In this document: positions 1 through 12,897 of the stretch, piece by piece
Position numbering within the stretch: position 1 is the first letter of the stretch
Layout of the letters: each line of letters begins with the position of its first letter
Assembly (NCBI RefSeq): GCF_004010195.1
Contig: NC_057750.1
Coordinates: 5,668,595-5,728,355 of the forward strand
Source: Chiloscyllium plagiosum
Taxonomy: Eukaryota
Reading direction: 5' to 3'
DNA: 59,761 nt
Program-made: the position numbers and the translations under genes
The notes under the pieces: model-generated
Seen by the model: the letters and a program-made list of their open reading frames with translations, nothing else
Databases searched by the model: none
Told to the model about the DNA's origin: nothing

Positions 1-584
1 TCAATCCTCCATTGTGCTGGGGACAGTCCGTTCCCTTTGTAAGGGAAATGTCCCCAATTAAGCAGGAAGGAGATCCTGTTCTCTGTCACAATGCTGTGAC
101 AATGGTGGGAGCATCCTGGTACAAATGTCCTCATCGAGACAGCTTGTGATCTTCCAGGCCTTCTCTGTGTTTACACAATTAAACCTGGCGTAAGGAGCCA
201 AAAATGGTGTTTACCAGTTGGAGGTTAATTGTGTGTGTGTGTTCCACGGGATAGTTTGCAGAACAAGCCTTACTGTCTATTAATCAAGTAGCCAGTGAAG
301 CTGGACAGTTTGACTCCCTGTTTTGATTCGGGATGTTAAACCGACTGCTTAGGTGAGCAGACAACAAAGATAAAGCAATTAGAAGGAGGAAACCACTATG
401 TAGTTCTCCCCCCGCCACACCTTCCTGTTCTCCCTCTATGCCTCCTCACCTCTTTCTCATTCTTGCTTTCTACCTGCGCATCCTCTGTTTCTGTCCTTGC
501 TATCAGCTCCTCTTTCCTTCTCTCCTTCCCTCGTTTTCCTCTGCTGTTTCCTCCAATCTCACTTCACCTCTTGCTATTTTTTCC

Positions 585-1084
585 NNNNNNNNNNNNNNNN
601 NNNNNNNNNNNNNNNNNNNNNNNNNNNNNNNNNNNNNNNNNNNNNNNNNNNNNNNNNNNNNNNNNNNNNNNNNNNNNNNNNNNNNNNNNNNNNNNNNNNN
701 NNNNNNNNNNNNNNNNNNNNNNNNNNNNNNNNNNNNNNNNNNNNNNNNNNNNNNNNNNNNNNNNNNNNNNNNNNNNNNNNNNNNNNNNNNNNNNNNNNNN
801 NNNNNNNNNNNNNNNNNNNNNNNNNNNNNNNNNNNNNNNNNNNNNNNNNNNNNNNNNNNNNNNNNNNNNNNNNNNNNNNNNNNNNNNNNNNNNNNNNNNN
901 NNNNNNNNNNNNNNNNNNNNNNNNNNNNNNNNNNNNNNNNNNNNNNNNNNNNNNNNNNNNNNNNNNNNNNNNNNNNNNNNNNNNNNNNNNNNNNNNNNNN
1001 NNNNNNNNNNNNNNNNNNNNNNNNNNNNNNNNNNNNNNNNNNNNNNNNNNNNNNNNNNNNNNNNNNNNNNNNNNNNNNNNNNNN
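585..1084. other. Assembly gap (500 N)
   Basis: Run of N; preceded by a pyrimidine-rich low-complexity tract (~405-584). Confidence 0.99.
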
Positions 1085-1450
1085 TGACCTGAGGTACTGG
1101 GTACTGAGGCAGCCCCAGTGGGAATAAACCCACCTCCAGGCGCCTAGCTTAAGGCTTTTAGACGCTGACTGCCTCTTTAGGGTGCCACATTCCCCTCATG
1201 TTATCCTTCCCTGACCCCCTCCCCAGGGTGATCTACTAGAAGCTTCCCCATCCCAACCCAAGGTGAGTGTGGATTGGCAGTGCTAAATTGCCCATTGTGA
1301 CCAGGGATGTCCAGGTTAGGTGGATTAGCCTTTGGAAATGCAGGATTACAGGGTTATGGTGGAGGGGGTGGGTGGGATGATCTTTGGAGGGTCGGTGTGG
1401 AACCGATGGGCTGAATGGCCTGTTTCCACACTGTAGGGATTCTATACTAT

Positions 1451-1757
1451 GGGGGGCGTGGTGGCTCAGTGGCTAGCACTGCTGCCTCACAGTACCACGG
1501 TCCCAGGTTCAATTCCAGCCTCGGGCAACTGTCTGTGTGGAGTTTGCACATTCTCCCCGTGCCTGTGTGGGTTTCCACTGGGTGCTCCAGTTTCCTCCCA
1601 CTGTCTAAAGATGTGCGGGTCAGGTGAATAGGCCATGTTAAATTGCCCGTAGCGTTAGGTGCATTAGTCAAAGGGGTGTGAGTTGCTCTTCGGAGGGTCG
1701 GTGTGGACTTGTTGGGCCGAAGGGCCTGTTTCCCCACTGTGGGGAATCTAAATCTAA
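1451..1757 (+). mobile_element. HE1-like V-SINE (tRNA-derived head)
   Basis: GTGGCTCAGTGG A-box, GGTTCAATTCC B-box, V-domain TGTGTGGAGTTTGCACATTCTCCCCGTG, tail GGGCCGAAGGGCCTGTTTCC..AATCTAA; many near-identical copies in window. Confidence 0.85.
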
Positions 1758-2862
1758 ACTTCCAAGCACACCATCACATGATGTTAGGGTGGTATTCCCT
1801 TTCTAAACGCTCTCCACCCCTCCTCCTCTTTCTTTAAGATGACCCGTCCAAACCTATGCCCTGTTCTAGTATCCAGACAATTGAAATTTATCAAGATGTC
1901 TCTAAATATGTCAAGGTTTTTTTTTAATCAAAGAACATTTGACATGGTGTCATATAAAGAGATAGAAGGTTAGATAAAGGAGATTGTTCTTAAAAAGCAT
2001 CTTACAGGAAGAGAAAGAAAAAAGGTGGATACTTCTGCCTGGAGATGTACAAGAGGCCAGAGTGGGAGGAGCAGAGAGGATTGCAGGGCTGGAGGAGGTT
2101 ACAGAAAAAGGGAATGGAAGCGTTGATAGGGGGGGGCGGGGAGGCCACGAAAGGATTTGTGTGACCTTGTGTCAAGTTGTGTTGGCTTACATTGCTGCAC
2201 GGCATCCTGGGATGTGTTTATAAATGCTGTGCGAAAGGTGCTACAGAAATGCAAGTTGTTGTTGGTTTGACCTTTGACAAGAGGGAGCCTGTGACACATT
2301 AGATAAGTTGGCACCCCTTCCGGCAGAATAGCCAAGGCCTGTTAGACTCTGGCTGAGAAGATTCTCAATGGGTTCAAGGTGGAGTCATTACAAGTTCAAA
2401 CGGCAACATGGCTCATTGTGACACTTGACCTACAAGATTAGAATACCACATGACCAGCACTGAATGTTTTTCGCTGCCTTTAAACTGAAGTTTTTTTTTA
2501 ATGGGGTGGGGGCGATGTAGGAAGGGGGGGGGGGATTAGGATCAAGGTGCACCACGGAGTGTCTACAGGGTGAACAAAAGAACAGGGAGAATGGGGAATG
2601 CCTTTTGTTAACTGGCTTCAAGGCTGATTCCCCTCTCCCAGTCCAGTACTGAGCCTGGATGTCAGACACACGAGGGCTTTCGGGAGGAGCCAGTCATTGA
2701 GACATGTCCCGACCAGGTGCCTTGATAAACCTCTTACTCATCTAGTTCCTGACCTGAGGGGAGAGAGACATCTTAATTACTTTCTGCTACCTGTGTTATT
2801 TTCAGTGCACTTAGAACCTTGTGTTGTTTCATAAAACCCTCTGCTGTAAATTAAACAGTGAT

Positions 2863-3200
2863 GGCTGTGGCTCAGTGGGTAGGGCTCTTGCCTCTGACTC
2901 AGAAGGCAGTGGGTTCAAGTCCCACTCCAGAGGACTTGAGTGTGCAATCCAGAATGGCATGCCTAGAGCATGCACTGAGGGAGTGCCTCACTCTCAGAGG
3001 TGTTGGCATCTCAAGGTGAGATATTAAAATGAACGGGCCTTTTGAGTGGACGCACAAGATCTCCATGGCCCATTGTTTCGATGGAGAGGAGGGGAATTCT
3101 GTTCTGGGGCTAATACCACTTAAGCTGGTGCTATCACATAGTGTCTGTGGGATCTTGCTGTGTGGAAATTGGCTGCAGTGTTTCCCAGTAATCCAGACAA
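2863..3200 (+). mobile_element. Older tRNA-headed SINE (SacSINE1/DeuSINE-like)
   Basis: GGCTCAGTGGGTAG..CTCTTGCCTCTGACTCAGAAGG..GGGTTCAAGTCCCACTCCAG..CTGAGGGAGTGC; related copies at ~8205-8610, ~13355-13600, ~15515-15930, ~28690-29100, ~48375-48850, ~49670-50050(-). Family name is tentative. Confidence 0.6.
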
Positions 3201-6200
3201 GGTCTGTCATGCTCCACTGCTTCTTAGGAACATAGCAGGAGCAGGTCATAGGCTCAGTCCGCCATTCAACAGGATCATGGCTGATCTTCCCCATTGGTCC
3301 CACTTCCCCATACTATTCCTTATATCTCTGTCCTGAATATACCTGATACTTTGGTGGCTGTGAAATGCTTGGTGTTGGAGGGGGGGACATCCTGGGGTCA
3401 TGGAAGACGCTATAGAAATTCACACCTGACTTCCTTTCTAGTTGGACTCTGTATAAATGGCTTCATGCTCCACAGGTTCAGTGAAGCAAGCAAACACGAG
3501 TTATTAAGCATCTACCATGTGACCGCTCCACTTAGCTTCGATCTTGGCATAGAGGAGGGATTAAGCCATCAGACTGGGAGGGGAGTTTGCCCAGATGCTC
3601 CCTTGCCCCTTCAGAATGCTCTCCTGGTCTCGGATCTCTTCAGGCCTCCCATCTCAACCAATTTGGGTCTTGCTGATTTATTGAGTGTGAACAGGGAGAG
3701 TGTGATCAAGGTTTAGTTGAAGAAGGCTGAGAGTGGGATCAATGAGATCATCACCGTTGACACCAATGGAGATGGCATGGCCGCCCCTAGCCTTACTAAC
3801 AATGTCTTCGGTCATTCTTCTGTAGAATCCGATGGACCCCAATCTACTATTTTTATTTGGGTTTCTGTGGGGACAGTCAGAAAGCTTTGTACTTTTCGTC
3901 ACGAGGGAAGTAACACACAGAATTCCAGGTTTGCCTACTTCCCAGCAAAACCCCAAGAGTTGTGTGTGAGGCAGAAGATGGTGTGTGTATGGAATGAGCT
4001 GCCAGAGGAAGTGGTGGAGGCTGATACACATCTATGAATTACAACATTTAAAATGCATCTGGACGGGTACATGGTAGGAAGGGTTAGAAGGATCTAGGCA
4101 AATGGGACTAGATTAATATATGGTCAGCATGGACTGAAGGGTCTGTTTCTTTGCTGTACAGCGCTAGGACTCTAATTGTGAGATCTCTATGCTTCAGGTA
4201 TTCTAGCCTCTTGGACACTCCCAATTTCCAATACTCCACCATTGTTGGAGTTTCCCTTCATGCACTCAGGCCCTAATGTTTGTGAATCCCCTTCAAACAC
4301 TTCTCCCTCACCTCTAAGAAGGCTCTGCCCGCTCCAAAATCTCCCTGTGTATCTTGGTGTCTGATAATGTGTGTGTGAAATGCCTTTAAAAGTCACTATG
4401 CCAAAGCAAGTTATTGTTGTTTTCTGACTTAGGGGATGAGTACTGGGCTGTCTATGGCACTGGCAGTACTGGGGGCACATTGAGTGTTACACGAGTGAGG
4501 TTGCTATCGCATTTCTAAGGTCTACTAGATTAAGTGGAGGAAACAATCAGAGTGTTTGTCACTTTGTGCGCAGTAATCAAATCTCCCATCAAAGGGTTTC
4601 CTGTGACATTGTAACAGAATCAGCTTATAATTCTGTTGTACGCAACTTCGATTTTTAAGATAATGGCTCCTCATCATCTAAACCCCTCTGTGAGCACCGA
4701 CGCTCCTCCCACCAACCCCCCCCCCCCCTCGCTGCCATTCCCCTGATGCCAAACGTTGCCCAAACACGGAGCCAGGCAGCTGGAGCTTGGTCTCAATCCG
4801 CTGGGACCTTGTGCAAGATTGGCCTGAAGCAATTCACCTGACACCCTCCCAGTGTGCTGCAGCCTAGACTCCCTTCCCCAGTGATCCAGACAATATCTGT
4901 CATGCTCCACTGCTCTTAGGAACATAACAGGAGCAGGAGCAGGTCATAGGCTCAGTCCGCCATTCAACAGGATCATGGCTGATCTTCCCCATTGTCCCAC
5001 TTCCCCATACTATTCCTTATATCTCTGTCCTAAACGTACCTGATGCCTGAGCATTCACAGCTCCGGGGCTACAGGATCTCAAGATTTATAATCCTTCTTT
5101 AATGTATTCTTTCATGGGATATGTGTGTCACTGGTGAGGCCAGCATTTGTTGCTCATCCCTATTTCCTCTTGAACAGAGTGGCTTCTTCAGCCATTTAGC
5201 CAAGTAAGAGTCACCTTCATTGCTGTGGGTCTGGAGCTACATGTGGCCCAGACCAGACTAGGACGGCAGATTTCCTTTTCCTCAAGGGAATAATTGTAAA
5301 ATGTCATTGTCAAAAGATGATGGTTGGCATGACTGAACCAGGAGTGCTCTGTTTCCTCCCATAGGGCAAAGATGTGCAGGTCAGGTGGATTGGCTGTGGG
5401 ATGTGGGATTACAGGGAGAGGATAGGGGTGTTAGTCCGGGTGGGTTGCTCTTCAGAAGGTCAGTGTGGACTTGATGGGCCAAATGGCCTGCTTCCACACT
5501 GTAGGTTTTCTATAAAAATCCAGATTTATTATTTGAATTTAAATTCCACCAGCTACCACAATGGGATCCGAACCAATGTCTCCCATGCACTGACCAGGCC
5601 TTACTGGATTACTATTGCTGGTGATGCTACCATTACCTCCCCACTGAAGAAAGTTTGCCACATCTCAATGCTAAATAGCCAACTCTTTATCCTGAGGCTG
5701 GGATGCTTGCTCTCCATTCTCTATTTAGCAAAACAAATCACTCAGTAAAAGTATTAAGAATCTTATACTTTTACGTAGTCTTCATGGCAGAATGTGTTGG
5801 AATCCAGGTCTGTTATAGCCGATACCTCAATATAAAGCTACTTTTCGTGGAACCATATTGCACTGAAAGAGGCCATTCAGCACATTGTTCCTGTACCAGC
5901 TCTTCAGAGCTGTCTAATTAGTTTAATTCCACTGCTCTTGCCCCCATTATCCTGCAATTTGTTTTATAGACCATTTCAAATGTTTATCCCAGTTTTCTTT
6001 CAAAAGATTATCTTCAAATCTACTTCCATTGCATTCCAGATGATGACAACTTGCAGTGTACTAGTCTCAACTCCCCTCTCTGACTCCTTTGTCCATTCAA
6101 TTGTAAAAATGTCCCCCCACCAGCCCCCATAGTTACTAAGCCTTCTGCCAATGGAAACAAATTCTCCATATTTACTCTGGTGAAACCCTTCATACTTTTG

Positions 6201-6875
6201 AACACCCCCCATGAAATTGTGTCTTTATTATCCCTACGTTGAGGAGAACAATTAGAGCTTCTCCAACTGCTCCATGTCACTGAGGTCCCTCATCCCTGGT
6301 CCAATTCTACCACCCCTCCTTTGTACCCTCTCACAAGGACCTGACACCCTTCCTAATGTGTGGGGCCCAGAATTGCATAGTGAGGTCTGTAAACTGATGC
6401 TTTTAAAGGTTTGGCATAGCTTTCTTGCTTTTAGAATATGTACTGTAAACCCTAGAATCGTGTGTGCATTCTTTAACAGCCTCAACTTATCATTCCACTT
6501 TCAAATCTACTTGTGACTCGTGTACTGTGAGGGCGTAATGGAGAGGTAGCAGGGGGAGGATGGGCCGTGACTGTGCTTACCCCACTATACCATGCCATCA
6601 CAAACATGTTTGTGGTCTCTTATATGTAGTCACCCTTGAAGAATGATCACTGACATAAGGAACTGAGGATGTCTGTTTAACTAGACCTCAATACCATCAC
6701 AATTATGTGATGCAGAATCACAGTAGGAGGCTGTTCAGCTCATCATGTCTGCCCAGGCTCTACAAACAACCAGTAGACCTAGCACCACTCCCTGAAACTC
6801 CACTCATTACTCCTTTTCAGATAATAATCCAATTCCCTCATAAAAGCTTCTGTTGAATGTGTCTCACTCTCAGGC

Positions 6876-7135
6876 AGGTGAGACTGCAGACGCTAGACAT
6901 CAGAGTCGAGAGGGTGGTGCTGGAAAAGCACAGCAGGTCAGACAGCATCCGAGGAGCAGGAGAATCGACATTTCGGGCAAAAGCACTCTCAGGCAGCCCA
7001 TCCTACTCCTGATAAAGGGCTTTTGCCTGAATTGTCGATTTTCCTGCCTCCTCGGATGCTGCCTGACCTGCTGTGCTTTTCCAGTACCACTCTAATCTTG
7101 ACTCTAATCTCTGGCATCTGCAGTGCCCACTTTTG
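6876..7135. mobile_element. Palindromic Penelope-like non-autonomous element (family A)
   Basis: Long inverted arms ACTGCAGA..GCTGGAAAAGCACAGCAGGTCAG.CAGCATCCGAGG / CCTCGGATGCTGCCTGACCTGCTGTGCTTTTCCAG..TCTGCAGT around a decayed CTGAT..AAGGGCTTTTGCCTGAA motif. Confidence 0.65.
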
Positions 7136-9052
7136 CTCTCAGCCCATCCCAGACCCTAACCACTTGCTGTGTAAAGCTTTCTACTTATGCTTTTTTTTTT
7201 TTGCTGATCACTGTAAATCTGGTCTGACTCATTCTAGATCCCATCATGAGTGGGAACAGTTTGTCTCTCTGTCTGTTTCTAATCTGCCCAAATCACTCAT
7301 TTTGAACGTATTAAGTTGTGCGACATTTTTAAGTTGTTCACCACCAGCACCTCCCCTCCCCACATTTAACCCCTGCTGCTGCCAGTGACAGACTTCTGCG
7401 GAACCCAAAGGTTGAACATCTCAAAATACCCTCCATTGTTGTTTGGGATGGCAGACGTCTGGAACAGAGGGACCGATGGGATACTAATTCGACCAGTTTG
7501 ACCCCTTTTCCCATTGGAAGAGTCAAAATGACCCCTCCAGGTGTCTTCAGGATAAAAAAGGGGAGAAGGTGCCTTCTTGAAGAATGAGAGGGAAATTCTA
7601 GTGTAAAACATGCTGTATGTAAGCCTGGTGTGATAGTTGCCTTATACCCCATTTCTGGGCCAAAGGAAGGGCTTGTGTTACATTGACAGAGGTGCAGTGT
7701 TTCTAATCAGATCTACAAAGCAGACAACTGAGGCACTTGTCTGCTTTGTATGAGCGGGTGTCAAAACATCCCACTGCCACTATTTGGAAGAAGAACATTC
7801 TTCCCAATGTTCTGGGGTCAGTACTTCTTTACAAACCAATGTCACTTAAAGTACACAGAATGTCTGGCCAATTATCTATGTACTGTTTATGAGATCTTCC
7901 AGCAGGCAAATTGTCTCCCTCTTTTGTTTCCTAAATAACCCAGCCTTGCACTGTGCAACATGCTGAGGATGTGAAGGGTGCTATATAAATGCCAATCTCT
8001 TTTCAAACACGCTGGTGGAGTTTTGGGTTGCAGTTGACAGTAGGACTGATGAAGCAGCGGCTAGCTCACATCTCAAAGCCCGTCTTTGTCAGTTGGAAAA
8101 CATTGATTGCAACTTTGGTCGGTTTATGAGCTTCTGCGTTGTGTGGCAGTGCATGCTGTGAGGAGGAAGTGTGCTCCAATCACCCCTTACTTGTCGTCAT
8201 GGCCAGCCATGGCTCAGTGGTCAGCACCACTTGCCTCTGAGTCAGAAGACTGTGGGTTCAATTCCCACTCCAGAGATTTGAGTATGATATTTAGGCTGAT
8301 GCCCAGTACTGTGCTGTCAGATGTACGACCTTTCAAAAGATACAGTAGGCCTCACACATAGAGAGGGGGACAAATATTGCTCAGCACTGTTTCAAAGTGC
8401 ACAGGAATGGTTGTCCTGACCAATCTTTTTCCTTCAGTCAGCCTTACTAAAAACAGATTATCTGGTCATTCTCATTTTCCTTTCTGGTGGAGGTCACTGT
8501 GTACAAACTAGCTACTGTGTTTCCTGCCTTATAACGCTGACCATAATTCAGAAGTACTTCATTGTTTGCCTACCGTTTTGAGGTTATGATAGCTGCTATC
8601 TGAATGCAGGTTAGATGGGAAGAAACTATCGACTTGTAAAAGGACAACAAAGAGAGGATATTGATTTAAAGAGATTTGCAAATGAAGTAAAGATGATATG
8701 AGAAAAATCTTTTTCACTTGGCAAATAGTTAGGGTTTGAAATGCATTGCTTGGAGGTTCAGTAGTTCAGTTGAATCATTCAAGAGGATATTGGATGACTA
8801 TTTGGTAGAAATAACATGCAAGGCCATTGGGAGAACAGGAGCTTGGCGCTAGGTAATGATGCTCATTTGAAGAGCAGGCATGATGGCCTGAATGGCCTCC
8901 TTCTGTAAGATTTCTGTGATTCTGTAGGATTCGATGAAAACACCTTTGATGTCTCTGGAAATGTATAATGCACTTAATGCGTAAGTGGATATGTGTGAGA
9001 GAGAAAGTGGTAGCTTGTTAAGTTGACAGGTTGAATGGGTGGTAGAGGCTTG

Positions 9053-9360
9053 ATTAGATTAGATTCCCTACAGTATGGAAACAGGCCCTTCGGCTCAACA
9101 AGTCCACACTGGCCCTCCAAAGACTAACCCACCCAGACCCATTCCCCTACACTTACCCCTGACTAATGCACCTAACACTACGGGCAATTTAGCATGGCCG
9201 ATTCACCTGACCTGCACATCTTTGGACTGTGGGAGGAAACCCACGCAGACACGGGGAGTATGTGCAAACTCCGCACAGACAGTCACCCGAGGCTGGAACT
9301 GAACCTGGGACCCTGGTGCTGTGAGGCAACAGTGCTAACCACTGAGCCACCGTGCCACCC
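9053..9360 (-). mobile_element. HE1-like V-SINE
   Basis: Reverse complement of the HE1-type consensus, with (TTAGA)n tail at 9053. Confidence 0.85.
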
Positions 9361-11762
9361 ACGAAACATTGTCGAGGTGGGCTGACATGCCTGTCTTTGT
9401 TCAATTTTGACGATATCTGGATCCAGAAAAACCATTATAGCGTCATTACTGCACAGAAGGAGTTCAGCCATAGAGTCATAGAGCTGCTCAGCATGGAAAA
9501 GATCCTTCGGTCCAACTCAGCCATGCCGACCAGATGTCCAAAATTAATCTCGCCCTGTTTGCCATAATTTAGCCCATATCTCTCGAGACCTTTCCTATTC
9601 ATGCTTTTTGTCAGTGTTGTAATTGTAGCAGCCTCCACCACCACCTCTAGCAGCTGATTCTATGCACGCACCATCCTCTGCTGGTTCCGTCATTCCCATT
9701 TTCCCACTTTTTATTCATTCGTGGCACGCGGGTGTCATTGGTTGGACCAGCATTTGTTATACCTAATTGCCTCCTCATCTGAATGGCTTTGGCCATTTCA
9801 GAGGGCATTTGAGAGTCACCCACAGTGCTGTGGGTGTTACATGTAGCCCAGAGCAGGTAAGAACAGCAGATTTCATTTCCCCAAAGGACATTAGCGAACA
9901 AGCAGAGTTTTTCAGACAAGTGATGGTCATTACTTGATCGCTATTAGATTAGATATTTCTTTAATTCAAATTTCACCATTTGCCAAGATGGGATTTAAAC
10001 CCATCATTCCCCACAACATCAGCCTGAGGTTCTGGATTACTAGTCCTGTGATATTACCACTACACAACTGCACCCACCACCACCCTCCCCAAACTTCTGT
10101 AGCCCTTATATAAATCCCCATATGTCTTAAAAACTTTACATGCTTGTTCCCTGGTCTTTGTGCAGTGAACTAATGGGAACAACTTTTCTTTGTCTGCCAA
10201 GGGAGAGGTGATGGCACGGTGTTAGTTTCTACTAATCCAGACGGCCCCTGGCTATTGCTCTGGGGAAATGGGTTCAAATCTCAAAATGGCCGGTGGAATT
10301 TAAATTGAATTAATGGTTCTGGAAAATAAAACTAGTCCCAATGATAATGACCATCATCAATTGATGTAAAGGCCCATCTGGTTCACTCATCGCCTCTTCG
10401 GGAAGGGATTCTGCTGCTGTTATCTGGTCTGGCCCCTGTTATAGTCAGGGACTGAGCAGCTTCCTTGACAGGGCTGACCAAAGCAGAGGACAGGTAGAGG
10501 TCAAAGTCTGTGTGTGCTAAGCTGTGGGAAGGAAGTGTACTAGGTGTACAGTTACCCTTCTCTTTGTTATGTTGTCACAATGCACAGCAGTTTCCAGCCT
10601 TGGGTTTACTATCCTAACAAATGCAAAGCATTTTACCTTATGCAAATATCTCATCTTGTTTTCAAATCCTCATTTGGCATCCCCGCTCCATATCTCTGCC
10701 ACTTCCTCTTGTCCTACCAGCTTCCAAGATCTCTGCACTCCTCCTGTACTGTATCTCCTTGATTTTAATTGTTCCTTCATCTGTCTGCATCCTAAACGCT
10801 AGAAGTCCCCCCCCCCCCAAAACTCTCTGCCTCTAAGTTCTTCTGTTACACACTTATTAAAACCTTGACAGTCATCTGTTCCAATAGCCCCAGTGCCTGA
10901 GTGTCAAACCCTGTTTGATAACAGGACAGTGAAGTGCTTTAGGATGTTTTATCAGGTTAAAGGCACTACGCAAGTGCAAGTTGTTATTTTTGTAGCTGAG
11001 TCCTTTTTGTAGCTGAGTCCTCTTGGTTGGCCCATAGAAAGACCAAAGGGTGGAACAAAAATTCTTAATATGGAAGACATAAAGGGGAAAATCTAGTCCA
11101 CACAAGATAAATGAAGGAGTGGGTTGTAGAGGAGGCTAAAGGGTTGAATAATGATCAAAGAGAATAACATAGATGTTGCGTCAGATGACTATGCTTTGCA
11201 GGGGCAGGAACTCAAAGATGGGGAGATTGAGATGAGACTGGGGTGAGCTCAGAGGACACATTGAAGGTCTGGTTTGTGCAGAAAGTTCAGACGCAGAGTC
11301 TGGGCATTCTTAGTGTGGTTGTAGGTCTGATGCTGAAATTTCACTCTCCGATGACAAGATGAAACTGGACATTGGAGAGACGGGGACGCAGCAGTAATGA
11401 TACTGAACTAGTAATCTAGGTGCCTCAGCTAATTCTGTGAGGACAAAGGTTCAAATACCACAATGGTAGCTGGTGGAATTTGAATCCAATTAATTAATAA
11501 AATCAGGAGGTGCAAGCTAACCTCAGTAAATGGTGACCATGACAACTATCGTCATGAAACCAGTCAGTTCAAGGGCAATTAGGGAAAAGCAGCAAATAGT
11601 CTCCCTAGCAACACCCACCTCCTATGAAGAAGTGAAAGGGGGAGAAAATGACCAACTTTGTGGTTCGTATTGAGAGCTGCCTGTTAGGAAATTGAGATCC
11701 AGCTAGGTTGATTGTAAAACTGTGTAGCTCAACTGGACTTGAGCCTAGACTTGGGATTAGCC

Positions 11763-12100
11763 TGGGAGTGGTGCAGTGGTTGGCACTGCTGCATCACAGT
11801 GCCAGGGACCTGGGTTTGATTTCAGCCTTGGGTGACTTTGTGTGGAGTTTGCATGTTCTCCCTGTGTCTGCGTGGGTTTCCTCCGGTTTCCTCCCACAGT
11901 CCAAAGATGTGCAGGTTAGGTGTTTTGCCCATGCTAAGTTGTCCTGTAGTGTCCAGGATTATGCACATTCGGTAGATTAGCCGTGGGAACTATGAGGATA
12001 AAGTGGGAGGACTGGGGCTGGGCGGGATGCTCTTTGAGGGTTGGAAAAGACTCAATGGGCCGAATGGCCTCTTTCAGTAATGCAGTGATTCTATGATTCT
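11763..12100 (+). mobile_element. HE1-like V-SINE (older subfamily)
   Basis: tRNA head, V-domain, GGGCCGAATGGCCT tail ending ATTCTATGATTCTA. Confidence 0.75.
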
Positions 12101-12202
12101 ACTTCCATTGAGCCTGGACCTGACCTTACAAAGATGTCAATGGTTAAGAACCACTAAAGTGAGGAATAGGGACAAAAGTGCTGTAACTTCATTGATGCCT
12201 TC

Positions 12203-12520
12203 AGGGGAGGTGATGGTCCAGTGGTATTATCACGAGGCTGTTAATCCAGAGACCTGATAATATTCTGGGACTCTGGTTCAAATCCTCCCATGGCAGATGG
12301 TGGAATTTGAATTCGATAAATATCTGGAAATAAGAGTCTAAAGGTGACCATGAAACCATTCCTGATTGTCAGGGGTAGTGGGACAAAACATCTGGTTCAC
12401 TGATGTCCTTTAGGAAAAGAATCTGCCATCCTTATGCAATCTGGCCTACACATGACTCCAGACCCACAACAATATGATTGACACTTAACTACCCTCTGGG
12501 CAATTAGGGATGGGTAACAA
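12203..12520 (+). mobile_element. Second tRNA-derived SINE family
   Basis: GGTTCAAATCC..ATGGCAGATGGTGGAATTTGAATTC..TCTGGTTCACT.ATGTCCTTTAGG..GGCAATTAGGGATGGG; relatives at ~10200-10435, ~11385-11630, ~25070-25645, ~39020-39356, ~39400-40030. Confidence 0.65.
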
Positions 12521-12580
12521 TTAGAAAAAAAATAGAAAAATACAGCGCAGTACAGGCCCTTTGGCCCTCGATGAAATTAG

Positions 12581-12897
12581 GACAGCACGGTGGCTCAGTG
12601 GTTAGCACTGCTGCCTCACAGTGGAGGGGACCCGGGTTCAATTCCTGCCTCAGGCAACTGTCTGTGTGGAGTTTGCACATTCTCCCCATGTCGGCGTGGG
12701 TTTCCTCTAGGTGCTCCTCCCACAGTCCAAAGATGTGCAGGTCAGGTGAATTGGCCATGCTAAATTGCCCCATAGTGTTAGATGCAGGGGTAAATGTATG
12801 GGAATTGGTCTGGGTGGGTTGCTCTTCAGAGGGTCGGTGTGGACTTGTTGGGCCGAAGGGCCTGTTTCCACACTGCAGGGAATCTAATCTAATCTAA
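12581..12897 (+). mobile_element. HE1-like V-SINE
   Basis: Full head-to-(AATCT)n-tail copy inserted near the 3' end of the preceding SINE. Confidence 0.85.

Noticed and set aside
438..1133. Long ORFs across the first gap
   Set aside because: Open only because of Ns and low-complexity pyrimidine sequence.
1227..1268. Strong donor AG|GTGAGT as a candidate exon 1 end
   Set aside because: The phase-1 frame has an upstream TGA, there is no MSRRKQ motif, and the site abuts a SINE fragment. Exon 1 is likely upstream of the window or in the gap.
2704..2745. ATG TCC CGA (MSR..) as the BCL11 start
   Set aside because: Continues PGALINLLLI then stops; no RKQ motif and no suitable phase-1 donor.
3294..4037. 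ORFs of 106-140 aa in semi-unique sequence
   Set aside because: No recognisable homology or convincing splice sites; ends run into repeats.
10989..11020. Short tandem duplication TTTGTAGCTGAGTCC
   Set aside because: Ordinary slippage duplication.
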